DNA of 63,698 nucleotides, counting the filler, from Collodictyon triciliatum (lineage: Eukaryota): NCBI GenBank assembly GCA_043381765.1. It is 15 parts of 15 records of this genome, joined end to end, with 100 filler letters (N's around TTAATTAATTAA, not from the genome) between each part and the next. Parts side by side here need not be neighbours in the genome. Positions count along the whole stretch, not along the records: positions 9,277 to 13,805 come from JBHJMP010005992.1; positions 13,906 to 18,434 come from JBHJMP010005993.1; positions 18,535 to 23,063 come from JBHJMP010005994.1; positions 23,164 to 27,691 come from JBHJMP010005995.1; 11 more parts are not named here. The stretch is one strand, 5' to 3'. Under the pieces are notes generated by a model, which worked only from the letters and a program-made list of their open reading frames with translations, was not told the DNA's origin and made no database searches. Every line of letters starts with the position of its first letter. Position 1 is the stretch's first letter. Below are positions 12,824 through 25,146 of the stretch, in pieces. The translations under genes and the position numbers were made by a program.

Positions 12824-13741
12824 GGGGGAGCTACGCTCAACTGGTGCCAACTTTCCCCTTCGGCCAGATGGGAATACTGAGAGGAGAGTCCATCATTGCA
12901 GCCACCACAGAGCCTCTTGGAGGTGCAATGCAGTACCTATATAAGAATGGAAAAAAAAGAGGAAGGAAATAAGAGGTAATATGAAAAGATTGGTTGACAC
13001 AAGTGTTCGTTTTTAGTGGGTTGTGGCTGTGACATCTGAAACCGCAATCCTCAGAAAAGTTGGTAAAATGGGACTCTGTCCAGAAGAGATATATCCAGCC
13101 TCTCAACGGACATATTTCATCAGCTGCGATAACTTCTATACTACCCCAAAGAAATCCGCTGCAGGTGGCAACTGTGGATAATAATAAAAATGATAAAAAT
13201 ATGGGATATTGCTGAAAGGAAAGTATTGGGAGAGTTTCGCTCATCCAACTATGAAGAGGGATGTGGTGAAGAAAGACTGCTTTCATCTCGGGGAGTCTCG
13301 TTGTTACAGGGCGAGACCATTGCGGTTGGCACATCCGACTCTGAGGTGATATTATGGTCTCCTTCGTGGCCTTTCCCTGCATCGCCCTGCGTCATAATGG
13401 TTTCTTCTGTATGTCAATATTTTTTTAAAGATGAGTAGGCATCACACGAATATGTATATGAGTCCAGAAGAAAGTTAAAAATAAGTCCAGTACCTCCCGT
13501 TATCTGTTTCCTAGTAGAATTTTCCACAGTAAACACGTTTTATTTCTTAAAAATTAATAGAAACTGAATGAGCCGTGTAGTGGGATTGTGTCATGCATCG
13601 CGACCAGCGAAGAAGGCATCATTAATTAGAATGAAGCTCACTGTAAGTTCTCGTGTGAATATAATACAATTTTTTACATTAGGGCTCTTAATGGTGGTTG
13701 GAACATCAAAAGGCGACATATGTTTGTTGGGGAGGCCATGA
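12824..13741 (+). pseudogene. WD40-repeat protein remnant
   Basis: NGHISSAAITS..IKIWD, IAVGTSDSEVILW, VVGTSKGDICL. In-frame TGA at 13030-13032 (GLWL*HL), +1 frameshift in the A run at 13186-13190, GC donor at 13616, no clear start. Confidence 0.6.
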
Positions 13742-13905
13742 GTCTAATCCAACCCAATAATGCATACGAATAATCATCTCCCCGTATTATATCTTTCTCA
13801 CTTTCNNNNNNNNNNNNNNNNNNNNNNNNNNNNNNNNNNNNNNNNNNNNTTAATTAATTAANNNNNNNNNNNNNNNNNNNNNNNNNNNNNNNNNNNNNNN
13901 NNNNN

Positions 13906-13996
<91 letters not shown>
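13906..13996. repeat. (AAT)n microsatellite
   Basis: Directly visible. Confidence 0.95.
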
Positions 13997-13998
<2 letters not shown>

Positions 13999-14074
13999 GT
14001 AAAATGAAGGAACAAAATCGCTTGATAAAGCTAGCGCCTTTCCTTCAGACGATTTTTTTTTGTTTATTGTGGAT

Positions 14075-16356
14075 TTAATCGTCACTTTCATAACAAGCTA
14101 ACGAACCCAAGCCAGCCGCGGTGGCGGTTTTGCTATCAGAGATAACAGCAGGCACCTGCTTCGTTGTTTTTTGATCAGAGATGGTGCTCTTATCCTTGCT
14201 TTTCTTTGTCTTTTCCTTCGGTTTGACAACTATTCTAGCCGATAGTGGGGCGACTGCAATTGAGTGAAGCCATGAAAAAATTAGTGATATTTCACGGAAT
14301 AAAAGCAAAATGTTATTTCAAATAATCAACCAGCAAATTACAGCATAACAATAATATAGTGTGTAGTATCACCTTTTTTTTCAATCTGTAGCGCTGAAAG
14401 TGCGTTTGAAGTGAGAGCCTGAAGATGAATTAGGGTCAAATAGAATTTTGTTTATATTCAACATCAACAATGGTATAGCGTCTGTCATAAAATAAAAAAA
14501 AAAAGCAATTGGACATATAGAAATACAGAAAAATTATAAAGCCTCGATATTTTCTTAAATTGCGAATTACTTACTAGTGGGACTATAGGGTCAGTCTTCT
14601 CATCCTTGTGGATATTTTTACTATCTGTATCAGAGCTGTCCTCTGAGTCACTACTGAAAGCCACATTTCGTACACCAAATCGGATGGACCTTAGTAGCTT
14701 TTCATCCTCTTCGTTCATCTATTTTTTTCCCCAGTAGCATGAAATAAGTTAAGGAATACAATAAAAGATTTAAGTACACGAGAAAATTTATTCTTCTAGT
14801 TAATGGTCATGGATAAAAAAGTAAATATGAAACCCGTGAGATCATACCAGCTCTTCCTCTTTTTCCTTTGCTCTTATCACAGCCAGCACATCCTCAGTGG
14901 TGATACCCTTTCTTGACTCGTTTAGAGCGAGATGTTCATCGACTGCATCGAGCAAATCTAAAAAAAGGGCAATCGGGGCGCTTTATTAGCACAAATTCAG
15001 TTAAAGTCCTAGCTAGTAGTCCTGATAAATTAGTGCAATTGTAACTATACATGTTTTTTTTTATCTCCTTAATTTAGCAGTAATTTAGATAATATTACCC
15101 ATTTCTATTTTGTTATCTTTGGTCTTATTTTCAAGGGCCTTCATAGGATCACCAAACTCTTGTCTCTCTCGTCTTTCCCTCTCAAGTTTGGCTTTGTGTT
15201 CCTAGGATCAAGAGCGAAGTGACTTTAGGGTAAATAAGCATTATAACGTCGCTTATATATACCAAATATAAATGCCTCACATCTTCGAATTCACATAGAT
15301 AAAACTCATGTCATACCACACAACGTTGATTATTTCAATCCCAAAACAAAAGTGAAAATTTTTGAGATATACAGCATCATAATAGAGGATTTTGGAAGAA
15401 AAAATATTACATTTTCTCTCCAGGGCTCGAAATTCCGTGATACACCGTGCTCGGTGGAGTAATTCATATTTTTTGGATCAGTTTTGATAGTAAACTCAGA
15501 GGAGCACTTTGGACATTTCATGTAGAACCGAAATATTTTGATTCCAAGATAGTCCTCACCGATAACGGTTTCCTTTTTATTTTAAGAAAACAAGGGATCG
15601 TATTATTGTGCATGTCATATTTATTCTGGCGCTAATGATATATAAGATAGAAATGATATGTGATTACATATTCATTTACTTTTGGAATAAATATTCACCT
15701 TCCTTGAATTGAACTTCTTCCCTTGATATATGTATTCGTGACAGTTGTTACATCTACATAATTGTGCAAATATGTTTGATGAGAAAGAAATCAAAATCTG
15801 ATCTGTCTCAAGCCCTTGGCTGGTATTAGGTTAGCATGCTCAAAATGCGTCAAATTGACTTGTAATACATATAAGCAGATTAAACATCGAATCGGCAGCG
15901 ATTGTTTCAAAAGTTGAAATTTTGTGCGTAACGCTTTAACTAGGCCAAACATAGCCCACAATATCACAAACCTCACACTCATGGGCATCATCATACGTAC
16001 TTTGTCTTGTCTGTCTTTAGGTTTTCGCATGCGTGGGATAATCGACGGGTCGAAGTCAGGTGGGTAATATTTCTAAAGTGGAAGAATAATCAGTAATCAT
16101 GAGCCAAAATCTTGAAAGCCTTTTACACTACTTCAGAGATCCTATTTCTTAACTCCGCTTAGGTACAATTTCCATACAAGTGGATTTTTTTCTTTTAAAG
16201 TAATAAAATGACAATGAGGTGCATTTACTATCATCGCAGAAGTTATACATTATTATATAGAATACGAGGAGCGGCAGAATAATTTGTGGGTGATGACCAA
16301 AGAATGGCACTCCAACGGAACTAAGTACTTACGTTCAACACTTTTCTTTCACCCAT
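14075..16356 (-). CDS. YJU2: Splicing factor YJU2/CWC16 (CCDC94), 9 exons, complete
   Basis: [69 protein letters not shown]; all junctions in phase. Confidence 0.95.
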
Positions 16357-16443
16357 TTTTTCAAGTAAAAGGGCGCAAGGCTCAGGTACTTTTCTAGGCG
16401 AACTCCTCGAAGTCTTTCGCTTCTGATCAAAGCCTGAAGTTGA

Positions 16444-16516
<73 letters not shown>

Positions 16517-17036
16517 TTCTTGGTTAGCAACACAGATAGTATGTTGACTTTGATTACGATGGAGGGAGCGGCCATGTTTCCATTGGTGATTGATCGGGTC
16601 AGGGACACGCATCAGACTCCAGGTCTCGGCGGGCTCTTGTGAATTATTCTGATCTCTTTGATGTCGTGCTTGGGGATACTGATCCTGTAGAACTCACACA
16701 GTGTTTGTTATAGGATGTTGGTATATATTTCTTTCTTTTCTTCTTTCTTTTTTCGTAGCCCAAGCGGCCGGAATCTTAGATTCAATGAAATATGTCTGCT
16801 TTTGATAATACCAAATTTGGTTAATTATATTTACCTAAACTTCTAAGATACATTCTTGGAAACTAAGCCTGCCATATTTCTCTTTAAACAACATACAGCA
16901 CCAGAGGCAAATACGTGGCACGAACGTGTTGGCAAGCGCTATTGATTCGTTGCTGGCCTTTCTCTGCTTCGATACCGTTAATTATAGAAATGTGTCTGTG
17001 TCCAAAGTTTTTTGCAAGATAACTTCTCTTTACAGC

Positions 17037-17088
<52 letters not shown>
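17037..17088. repeat. (AATC)n microsatellite
   Basis: Directly visible. Confidence 0.9.
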
Positions 17089-17089
<1 letters not shown>

Positions 17090-17280
17090 TGATAAATAAA
17101 TAAATTAATGAAAGACGACCGAACTAATATGTTTTGAACTTCACAGCAACGATAGTCTACAAAAACATTGATTGCTTCATGTAGAAGGCTTTTTTTTAAT
17201 AGAAGTGCGTCATAAAAATGTAGTCTTTTTTTTTTTATACGATAATCGAGGGGCGCCATAAAGGTTTAAACCTGTCGCGC

Positions 17281-17815
17281 TTAAGTATATGGTAACATCG
17301 ATGGGCTATATGGGCATGTAGGACAGCTCTGGAAGGGCGCATAGAACTCGGGCAGCCGCCACGGCGCTATGATGCGCAGCATCACGCCCAACGTGCAGAT
17401 GGACAACTCGAAGCACACCTGTTGCCACCCAATGACCAGCCGCACGAGCGACGTCCCCAGCAGGTTCCGGCTCCTGTAGGTGCAGCTCGCCTGGTTCATT
17501 GGAAGATGTAGCCCGCGATAAACTTCTTGTGCAGGTCCTCCATAAACATCTGTCGCGCTCCAATCTTGAGAACCATCTCTCGCGCTGTCTCAAAGTCATT
17601 ATTTTCATAGTGGGATTTAATTAGTTGTGTGTGCCATCATATTTCTTTCTACTTTGGGGTGGTTGAAATGGATTCAAGCTGGCGGAAGGGCGCTCCTACA
17701 TTGCCCTGGCCGGCGTCGGCGATGTAGCAGTAAACCCGGTAGTCCTGTCCAAAAACCACTTGAGGAAGCAGGACTTGTCAAGGCCGCCCGAGTAGGCCAG
17801 CACAAACTTCTTCTT
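17281..17815 (-). pseudogene. ASS1: Argininosuccinate synthase pseudogene (N-terminal part)
   Basis: KKFVLAYSGGLDKSCFLKW, frameshift, YRVYCYIADAGQ, DFETAREMVLKIGA..EDL, stop/frameshift, YRSRNLLGTSLVR..QQV joined to CFEL..IIAPWRLPEFY; the SHGATGKGND segment is absent. Confidence 0.88.
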
Positions 17816-18336
17816 GGCGAGTGTTTAGGCAGTGATGCTACTGCTGATGGGTTGAGCATAGCCTTCGTTCCATGTGCCCGCAAAGAGGGTATGTCTTGCT
17901 CAATCACTGAGGGACAGTGCTCAAAGAAGGACACTGCTGAGGGATGCACTTTGTTGGGCTCGGTGTGGAGGGAAAGAACATTCGCTATTGCACGGCCTTC
18001 TGCTCTCTGTTTGCTATCGAGGCAGCACCCATTTCCTGTCTCTTCGTCTCTCTTCATTCCTGTTGATATGCCGCCATCAACCCGTCAACCTCGTTGAGGA
18101 ATGTGATGTAATAGAATGTCTGAAGGCGGTGGGTACTTGTTCCACAACTACAGCTTCAAAACTTTATCACCGCTGAGCTCGTGCGTGTTTGGTTGGTTGA
18201 TGTTTGCAATGCATGGGGAAAGAAATATGGAATCAGGTGTTTGGTTCGTTTGTGCCTTGTGCAGATTGTTTGGGTGCTGCATGAGGCTCGCTGCGGCACA
18301 TTCTATCTGATGTGAGCACCGTACCACATTAAGCAA

Positions 18337-18434
18337 AAAATCAAATCAAATCAAATCAAATCAAATCAAATCAAATCAAATCAAATCAAATCAAATCAAA
18401 TCAAATCAAATCAAATCAAATCAAATCAAATCAA
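18337..18434. repeat. (AAATC)n microsatellite
   Basis: Directly visible. Confidence 0.95.
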
Positions 18435-18534
18435 NNNNNNNNNNNNNNNNNNNNNNNNNNNNNNNNNNNNNNNNNNNNTTAATTAATTAANNNNNNNNNN
18501 NNNNNNNNNNNNNNNNNNNNNNNNNNNNNNNNNN

Positions 18535-18860
18535 GGAAAAGGGGAAAAGGGGAAAAGGGGAAAAGGGGAAAAGGGGAAAAGGGGAAAAGGGGAAAAGGGG
18601 AAAAGGGGAAAAGGGGAAAAGGGGAAAAGGGGAAAGGGAAAAAAGAAAAGGGGAAAAGGGGAAAAGGGGAAAGGGAAAAAAGAAAAAAGAAAAGGGAAAA
18701 GGGAAAAGGGAAAAGGAGGAAAAGAGGAATTGGGAAAAGGGAAAAGGGAAAAGGGAAAAGGGAAGAGGGAAAAGGAAAAGGAAAAGGGGAAAGGGAAAAA
18801 GGAAGAAGTGGAGGAAAAGGGAAAGGAGGAAAAGAAGGAGCGGAGGAAAGGGGGGAGTGG
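18535..18860. repeat. (GGGGAAAA)n purine-rich tandem repeat, degenerating rightwards
   Basis: Directly visible. Confidence 0.9.
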
Positions 18861-19304
18861 AAGAAAGGAGTAGAAAAGACAAGAAATGCAACAAGTCGCA
18901 TGGGATCTGCAGATAACTCGTTACGCTGTCAAATGTGATCGGCTTTTATAACAAAGCGCTTGGCTCAATAACCACGCTGTCATTTTTTGATTTTTTTTTA
19001 TTTTTTGGTTTTTGCTTTTTCCTCACACATTGCCTAGCTATCAGTTTATGCCAGTTCGTTCAGCAATCCTTTTATATTTTTCTTTTGTGGGCGTATCTAC
19101 ATGCTGGGATGTGCAATTAATAGCGAAGAGGTTCCTTGAGAGGACGCGATTGGAGGAAAGATAGCTGATTGAGGAGAAAAGGCAAAGAAAAGAAAAAGGA
19201 GCTGTGGCTGGAAAAAACCATCCACACTCAAGGCTTTATGAAAAGGTGAAGGATGTAATACACAAGTTTCTATGCCTGCTGGGCGGGCTGCTGGATTGTG
19301 TCAT

Positions 19305-22295
19305 TCACTTATCACAAAAGAGGGGTATATCATCCGACCACGGGATGCACACGGTTCTTCTCTCGAGAGACAAACACCGGACTGGATTCTTCAAAAAAAC
19401 TACAAGCCTTCTCGAGAAAAAAATAACGAAAGTCACTGCGGTGGATGCCAAGGCCATGCGATTGTCAAACTGAAATATCGAAACTCCTATCCGGCTTGTA
19501 GATGGTGATGGTATGTATTGGCCTTCGACCATTATGACAATGGCCATATGGCAACACACACCCAGAAGCAGCGCGATGATGATATCTGCCGGATATATGG
19601 TCAGTAGGGCGGAAAAGTCTCTCCACCAAGCCAGTAAGGCTTCGCTAGCGTCAAAGGCTACATAATCCTCGAGGGGGACCACGCTCGGCTCCATCTTCGT
19701 TCGTATCCTATTGTATTCTGGGTTAGTGTTCGATGGACAGCGAAGCGCCAGCTCCTTGCCCAGCTTCAAAAGATTTTTGTCAAGATGAGTTAAATCCTTC
19801 CCAGAAATCAGTCTCTCGTTCAAGCTATTAAGGTTAGCTTTGAGCTTTACGATGGAAAGCGGGTGTGAGTCGAGAAAAAGCTCAGTCAAACACAAGAAAC
19901 ATATCCAAATCGGTCCGTATTGCGCTCGGGTTCCCTCCCCGTCCATTACTCTGTCAAAAACAACGGCATATATCAAGCAGTTGCAGAACAAGAATGCGTT
20001 TTCGAATGATTTCATGCTCTTCGCCATGGCATCGAAAGAGTATGCCAGCAATAATAGTCCTTGGTTTGTAATTGAAAATAAGTAAATAACCTCGTATGCT
20101 ACAGTTGATTTTTTGTCCTCTGTAACCAAAGAGTATACCAAAATGACATTGCATAATAGTGAAATAATTGTAGTGTAAGTGACAAACTTTCGAAATACAT
20201 GGACATGATGCTCTTTAATCAGCCCAAAAGAAAGAACCTCATACAATGACCTTTCATAATCCAAACAAAACTCATCGTTCATCGGATTCACAATGTATCC
20301 TAATTTTCGACGATTTCTTGTGATTCCGTCGCCGATGCTCATTAGGGATGAACGCCTGTCATCACCTCGGCCTGCATTTCTAAAGCGATTCAATATAAAG
20401 CTATGCTTCACATGATTTTGATTTTTCAGAGAGCCGATATGAGCCGGCTGGTGCTTCTCTTCAAATCGGACGGTCTTTTCAACAACCATAGCATCTGTTT
20501 TGACACAGGCTTCTGCATTTTGTGCTTGTTTCTCGCATACATTTGTTTGTATAGACCCTGCATATGCAACAGATTCTTCGTTAGGAATGCTACTTAAAGG
20601 AACTTGTGAAGGAAGCACCTGCGATTCTTCGAGTTTAAGTTCTTCCTGCTCTTGGACCTGAATTGCAGATGAGACTGTACAAATCTGATGGCCGGAGCCT
20701 ACTACATCATTTTCATCAGAATGTATAGGCTCTCTGTATACTAAATCCCTTCCTTTTCGGAAAACTCTTTTGCTTGAGCCTCCTTTATGAGCCTCGATTA
20801 TGTTTGCTGGTCCGCACTCGAGAATCTCATGTGAAGCAGGAGCGTCTTCTTCTATTGCATCTTTCTTCATAGAAAGATGAGGAGAACCAGGTATTGGAGG
20901 GTATGTGATATTCTGTGCGGCGTCAATAGGTACGTTTGGTAAATCAGGATGTGACTGAAGCCATTCGTTCACAATAGACCTTTGAAGATAATGAATGATT
21001 GGTATCCATTGTGTTACCAAAGGGATACGCATTGGGCGGTTTTTCACGGACAAGAGTTTATATGGATAATTGAATTGTATGTACATCTTTCTGATAATAA
21101 AGGCAATTAATTGAATGCATGAGTATCTTAGTATGACACCCAATGTCGTAAAAGAAGGAAATCCCTCGACCGGACTGTTCTCAGGGGCATGTATGAGACC
21201 TGTTTTGAATAATAATAGTAAAATTGTCGGACCACAAAATGCAATTGCCAGGAAAAGCAAATGAAAGACACCAGTGGAGTGTGTGATGTGGAGTTTCTTT
21301 GCCAATTTTTCATAATAAGGCCCCTCACAAAGATATTTTGATAACTTTTCGTAAAATTGATACAATGTAGTGTGCACTTGAGATTCAATATCCTTTAAAC
21401 CCTGGGTTGATCGATTCCTAGTTCTGTCCATGTCTTCTTTCAGGTTCGGTCCCATATCTCCCCATGCACTCTGTGGAAGTTTAGGGGATTCGCCCGTGTG
21501 CTGCTGGACAGAATGAGGAAGACTAGACGTTGCGTGATTTGACATGCGGCGGTGTGTTGTCTGTGGCTGTGTTTGTGGCTGTGTTTGTGTTTGTGACGAG
21601 AAGCGAGCGGCGTCATCCGCCAAATCTGACCCAGATGTATAAGGCAACGCAGATGGGATATAAAGCAGGGAAAGAGAAGACGAGCCATAAGACGACGACG
21701 AAGGCAAGGTATGGGCACCCTCATCGAGTGAGTTGATCGACATGGAGGAAAGGAGAGAGTGTGGGTGCATAACATTGTGTATGCGGCGCAGAGATTTTGA
21801 CAGATACGCAGTGCTGACGGGCCAGGCATCAGCAAGATAGATGTTTGCATAGGAAAGAATTAGATAAGGGAATGCAAGGCGCGCATAGAGCGGCCAGGAC
21901 AGAAGAGAGCCGAGCGAGACGCAGACAAGGACCGTCATGAAGAAAAGATAGAGGACCTCGAAGCAGGCCACAGAAAGCAAGGCCAGGTCGCGTTGTAGCA
22001 CAAGCAAGGACAATGTGTTATAGACCATGCCCAGCGACCAGAGCGGCACAAAGACGGCAGGCACAAAGATGCGTGGATGCACGAGAATGGCGAGCCAGTA
22101 GGCCATCATCACGGGAATTGAACACACTCCGGCCCAACGCAGTCTCGGCAGGATTCTGCGCACAAGCCAATCACTGCCCCGCTCGCCAAGCAGAAGTGCC
22201 GCAATCGTCCGTCGATAGTCCACGCGGTACACGCAGTTTTCTCCGATGTAGGCCACGAGTCGCCCGGCAAAGTCACGCTCGTCTATTTCGATCAT
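19305..22295 (-). CDS. Intronless 996-aa multi-pass membrane protein of unknown function with two similar TM modules
   Basis: Uninterrupted ORF; two hydrophobic clusters with aligned motifs DYRRT..FEVLYL..LADAWP and DYERS..FENAFL..FLDSHP. Confidence 0.8.
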   Translation of the reverse strand: MIEIDERDFAGRLVAYIGENCVYRVDYRRTIAALLLGERGSDWLVRRILPRLRWAGVCSIPVMMAYWLAILVHPRIFVPAVFVPLWSLGMVYNTLSLLVLQRDLALLSVACFEVLYLFFMTVLVCVSLGSLLSWPLYARLAFPYLILSYANIYLADAWPVSTAYLSKSLRRIHNVMHPHSLLSSMSINSLDEGAHTLPSSSSYGSSSLSLLYIPSALPYTSGSDLADDAARFSSQTQTQPQTQPQTTHRRMSNHATSSLPHSVQQHTGESPKLPQSAWGDMGPNLKEDMDRTRNRSTQGLKDIESQVHTTLYQFYEKLSKYLCEGPYYEKLAKKLHITHSTGVFHLLFLAIAFCGPTILLLLFKTGLIHAPENSPVEGFPSFTTLGVILRYSCIQLIAFIIRKMYIQFNYPYKLLSVKNRPMRIPLVTQWIPIIHYLQRSIVNEWLQSHPDLPNVPIDAAQNITYPPIPGSPHLSMKKDAIEEDAPASHEILECGPANIIEAHKGGSSKRVFRKGRDLVYREPIHSDENDVVGSGHQICTVSSAIQVQEQEELKLEESQVLPSQVPLSSIPNEESVAYAGSIQTNVCEKQAQNAEACVKTDAMVVEKTVRFEEKHQPAHIGSLKNQNHVKHSFILNRFRNAGRGDDRRSSLMSIGDGITRNRRKLGYIVNPMNDEFCLDYERSLYEVLSFGLIKEHHVHVFRKFVTYTTIISLLCNVILVYSLVTEDKKSTVAYEVIYLFSITNQGLLLLAYSFDAMAKSMKSFENAFLFCNCLIYAVVFDRVMDGEGTRAQYGPIWICFLCLTELFLDSHPLSIVKLKANLNSLNERLISGKDLTHLDKNLLKLGKELALRCPSNTNPEYNRIRTKMEPSVVPLEDYVAFDASEALLAWWRDFSALLTIYPADIIIALLLGVCCHMAIVIMVEGQYIPSPSTSRIGVSIFQFDNRMALASTAVTFVIFFSRRLVVFLKNPVRCLSLERRTVCIPWSDDIPLFCDK

Positions 22296-23163
22296 CCCTT
22301 TGCGCGCTCTGCGGTTTTGTGTGGTTTGATGAAAAGGTGGTGATGGATAATGAGGGTTGTGATGAATCCGTCTTGGAGCGGGTGGGCTGAGCCAGGGAGT
22401 TTGTTGTGTGGCTTTGGGTTCGGGCGAGTGGGCAAGATTGGAGGGAATGGAGTTGCCTTGGGCGATGTGTGGTCGGGTATTGGCTTTGAGCGTGTGGGTC
22501 GAAAGCGCGCTGAAGTTTGGGTGAGTTGAGGTGATTTCTATGTCTTGTTTTTTTTTTTGTTCTTGTTGTTCTTGGGAATGACAAGGAAGAAAAAGAGGTG
22601 AGGATGCCAGGTTTCTGTCTGTTCTGTTATGCGCTTGGTTTTTGGTGCAGTTTGGAATCGCGCCATTTCCCCTTCCTGATGCGGGTGGTTTTCTTTTAAT
22701 CGTAACGAATAGATGAGCAACACTTAAAATGCGCGCAGCAGCCGTACTTGGGCTGCAAGATTTGTATCAGATGTTAAACTAAATTTTATAACACCAATTC
22801 ATATATATTATTAAAATATTTATAAGATATGATGGATTATTGAGGTATAAATCTAAAAAAAATATAATGTTGTTAATATAAATTCCAAAAATAGATATGC
22901 ATTTAATATTCCCTCTTTTGAAGCTCCTCGAACCGTGTTTGACATGATATATTTTGTGTGTTGTTTATTCATCTGCTCGATGTATCGGTGCTCACTTTGT
23001 CTTTGGCGGAGCGGGTCCTGCCATGCTGGATTGCATAACCATGATCTATGCAGATGAAATAAGNNNNNNNNNNNNNNNNNNNNNNNNNNNNNNNNNNNNN
23101 NNNNNNNTTAATTAATTAANNNNNNNNNNNNNNNNNNNNNNNNNNNNNNNNNNNNNNNNNNNN

Positions 23164-23950
23164 CCTGTGGAATGAAATAGGATGTAAATCTTGTCTGAGA
23201 TAGACGGTTGAAAGTATTCGTCGGAATCGATTTCCGAAGTAACTGCCATGTGCGTACTTTCATCGACCCGACAACTACATCCGCTCTTCTTTCAGTCTCC
23301 ACAACTGTAAGTCGCGTTGTAGCTTGCCCGCTAGGGTGAAATATTCTGCGTGTGAGAATACTTTCTCTTTTTTTCTCTTTTTCTATCAAAACACAAAACA
23401 AGAATTCCAATCACACAATCCAGGGTTTTCCGCAGTCTTGTTCACAGCTCACTATCGTCCTAGAGGTGAAGTTGGTTCCTTGGCTTTGTTTTTCTCCATG
23501 TCGTATGATTGCTGTCAAAATGTTGGCCATATATACACAGTATCTACTGACTTTAAGGACTTGGACTTTACTTCTGGGAAAACTCGCTTGTAAATTATCG
23601 TGCTGTCGACTTATATAATATAAAGCGGAGATTTGCATACGACTGGCAAAGTGTCTCCTCCAACGTGTTTTACCTCTTTGACAACCTCGACCAGTCCAGC
23701 TGACCAGCTTGCTTTAGCTTAATTGGTCACAGTTCTAGTTTCGTCACGGCCGCACACAATTATTGTAGTTTCTACAATCTATGGTCACTATCTCGAACCA
23801 GTCAATTTGACACATACTTTCCGAAACAATGCAAGGAAAAATAACCATGGTAGTAGTTACTGGAAGTTGCATGAGAGAATATTACAGGATGCTATGTTCC
23901 TAGGCAAACGCCAGGGGTTGCTTTATGATGGAATTTTTAGGTTGTCTGAA
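23164..23950 (+). mobile_element. Degenerate L1/Tx1-type LINE fragment (ORF1 end into APE endonuclease)
   Basis: Similar in inverted orientation to 25833-26160, including an identical GTAACTGCCATGTGCGTACTTTCATCGACCCGA; QEFQSHNPGF..RGEVG and a post-APE motif GSSYWKLHERILQD. Confidence 0.65.
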
Positions 23951-23992
23951 TGAGTTTCATAGATCGAGAGCATCGTCATGTTACTTCAATAA

Positions 23993-25146
23993 TTAAAAAT
24001 TTTTCCTGACGCAAAGTTTATATTTTATGTCAAAAACCTTCAAGGCAAATCTATAAAGCTCAACGTCTTGTTTGTTCATTTCATAAAATTGCGAAAGGTC
24101 CGATGATGTTACCTGACGTGATGGATCCGAGGGACTGATGTTTTCTCGGGTCCCATCATAAGGCTAGTATTTTATTAAATTAACTTAAAAACAATCGCCA
24201 TATTTCTCGCTAGGAAGTATACAGTTGGTATAGATGATTAAGCAGCGTCAAAAGTAAATCACGATGAGTTCCTTCGATCCGTAACACTTTTAGTACTTAC
24301 TCGTATAAAAAAATCGGGTAGAACGTGTTCCAATAGCTGAGTGGTCTCCATTATTCTCTCAGTTATTCCAACGATAGCGAATGTATGAATCAAACGAATT
24401 TTGGCTATATATGTGGATTTATCATCCCTCAAGAGACACTCCATTTGGTGCCCACACAAATATCCTAACTGAAGATTTGCGACAATTTTTGATATATCCT
24501 TAAAAGATAAATCGCAGTTTTCGTTGAGTTTCTTACAATTGTATGTTTTCCAGGAGAGTAACCTGGAAATAGGGTCCCTGACAACGCTAATATAGGCCAT
24601 GTCTCCATATCCTGAAAGTTGCTGTTGTGAATTGGTTGGTAAATATTTCACATATGCGGTATGACTATCGAATATGGCTGGATAGTTTTGCCACATTTCA
24701 TTTATTTGAAAGTATATTTCACTCGGGTTCAAATACTCCCCAGGTTGATGGTTAAAAGGGTTGTTAAGACCTGGAGTAAAGTAATACGATATATGACCAA
24801 AAGGTTTTCCTTGTAACGCAGCAAATTTCTTATTTTCGTCGATGTACGCTTGGATTGTAGTTGATGCGCATTTAGGAATTCGGTTGAAATATACAATAGA
24901 AGGATGCAATACTTTACACTCAGTTATTTGAGAAAATAATTCTTCATCAGAGAACCATGGCATTGTCAAATCCACTTCGTCCGATGAATCTCGGAAAATT
25001 GTCCTGGAATAATTTTGAAGAGGTGTAAAAGTCCCTAATCCGTGAACATTTTCAGTACTCTTCCCGAACCAATGCGGTATTCCGCGAAAGACTCGGTACG
25101 AAGTAGGAATTATAATGAGAAGTGGTACTAATATTTTCGCCAACAT
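23993..25146 (-). CDS. Type II membrane sulfotransferase (HS2ST/UST-like, Sulfotransfer_2); exons 24301-25146 and 23993-24163
   Basis: N-terminal anchor; PAPS motifs YFNRIPKCASTT and VRDPISRLLSW; GTAAGT..CTAG intron restores the C-terminal NKQDVELYRFA motif. Confidence 0.85.

Noticed and set aside
24259-24300. C-terminally truncated sulfotransferase as given by the ORF track
   Set aside because: A GTAAGT..AG intron at 24164-24300 restores the normal C-terminus.
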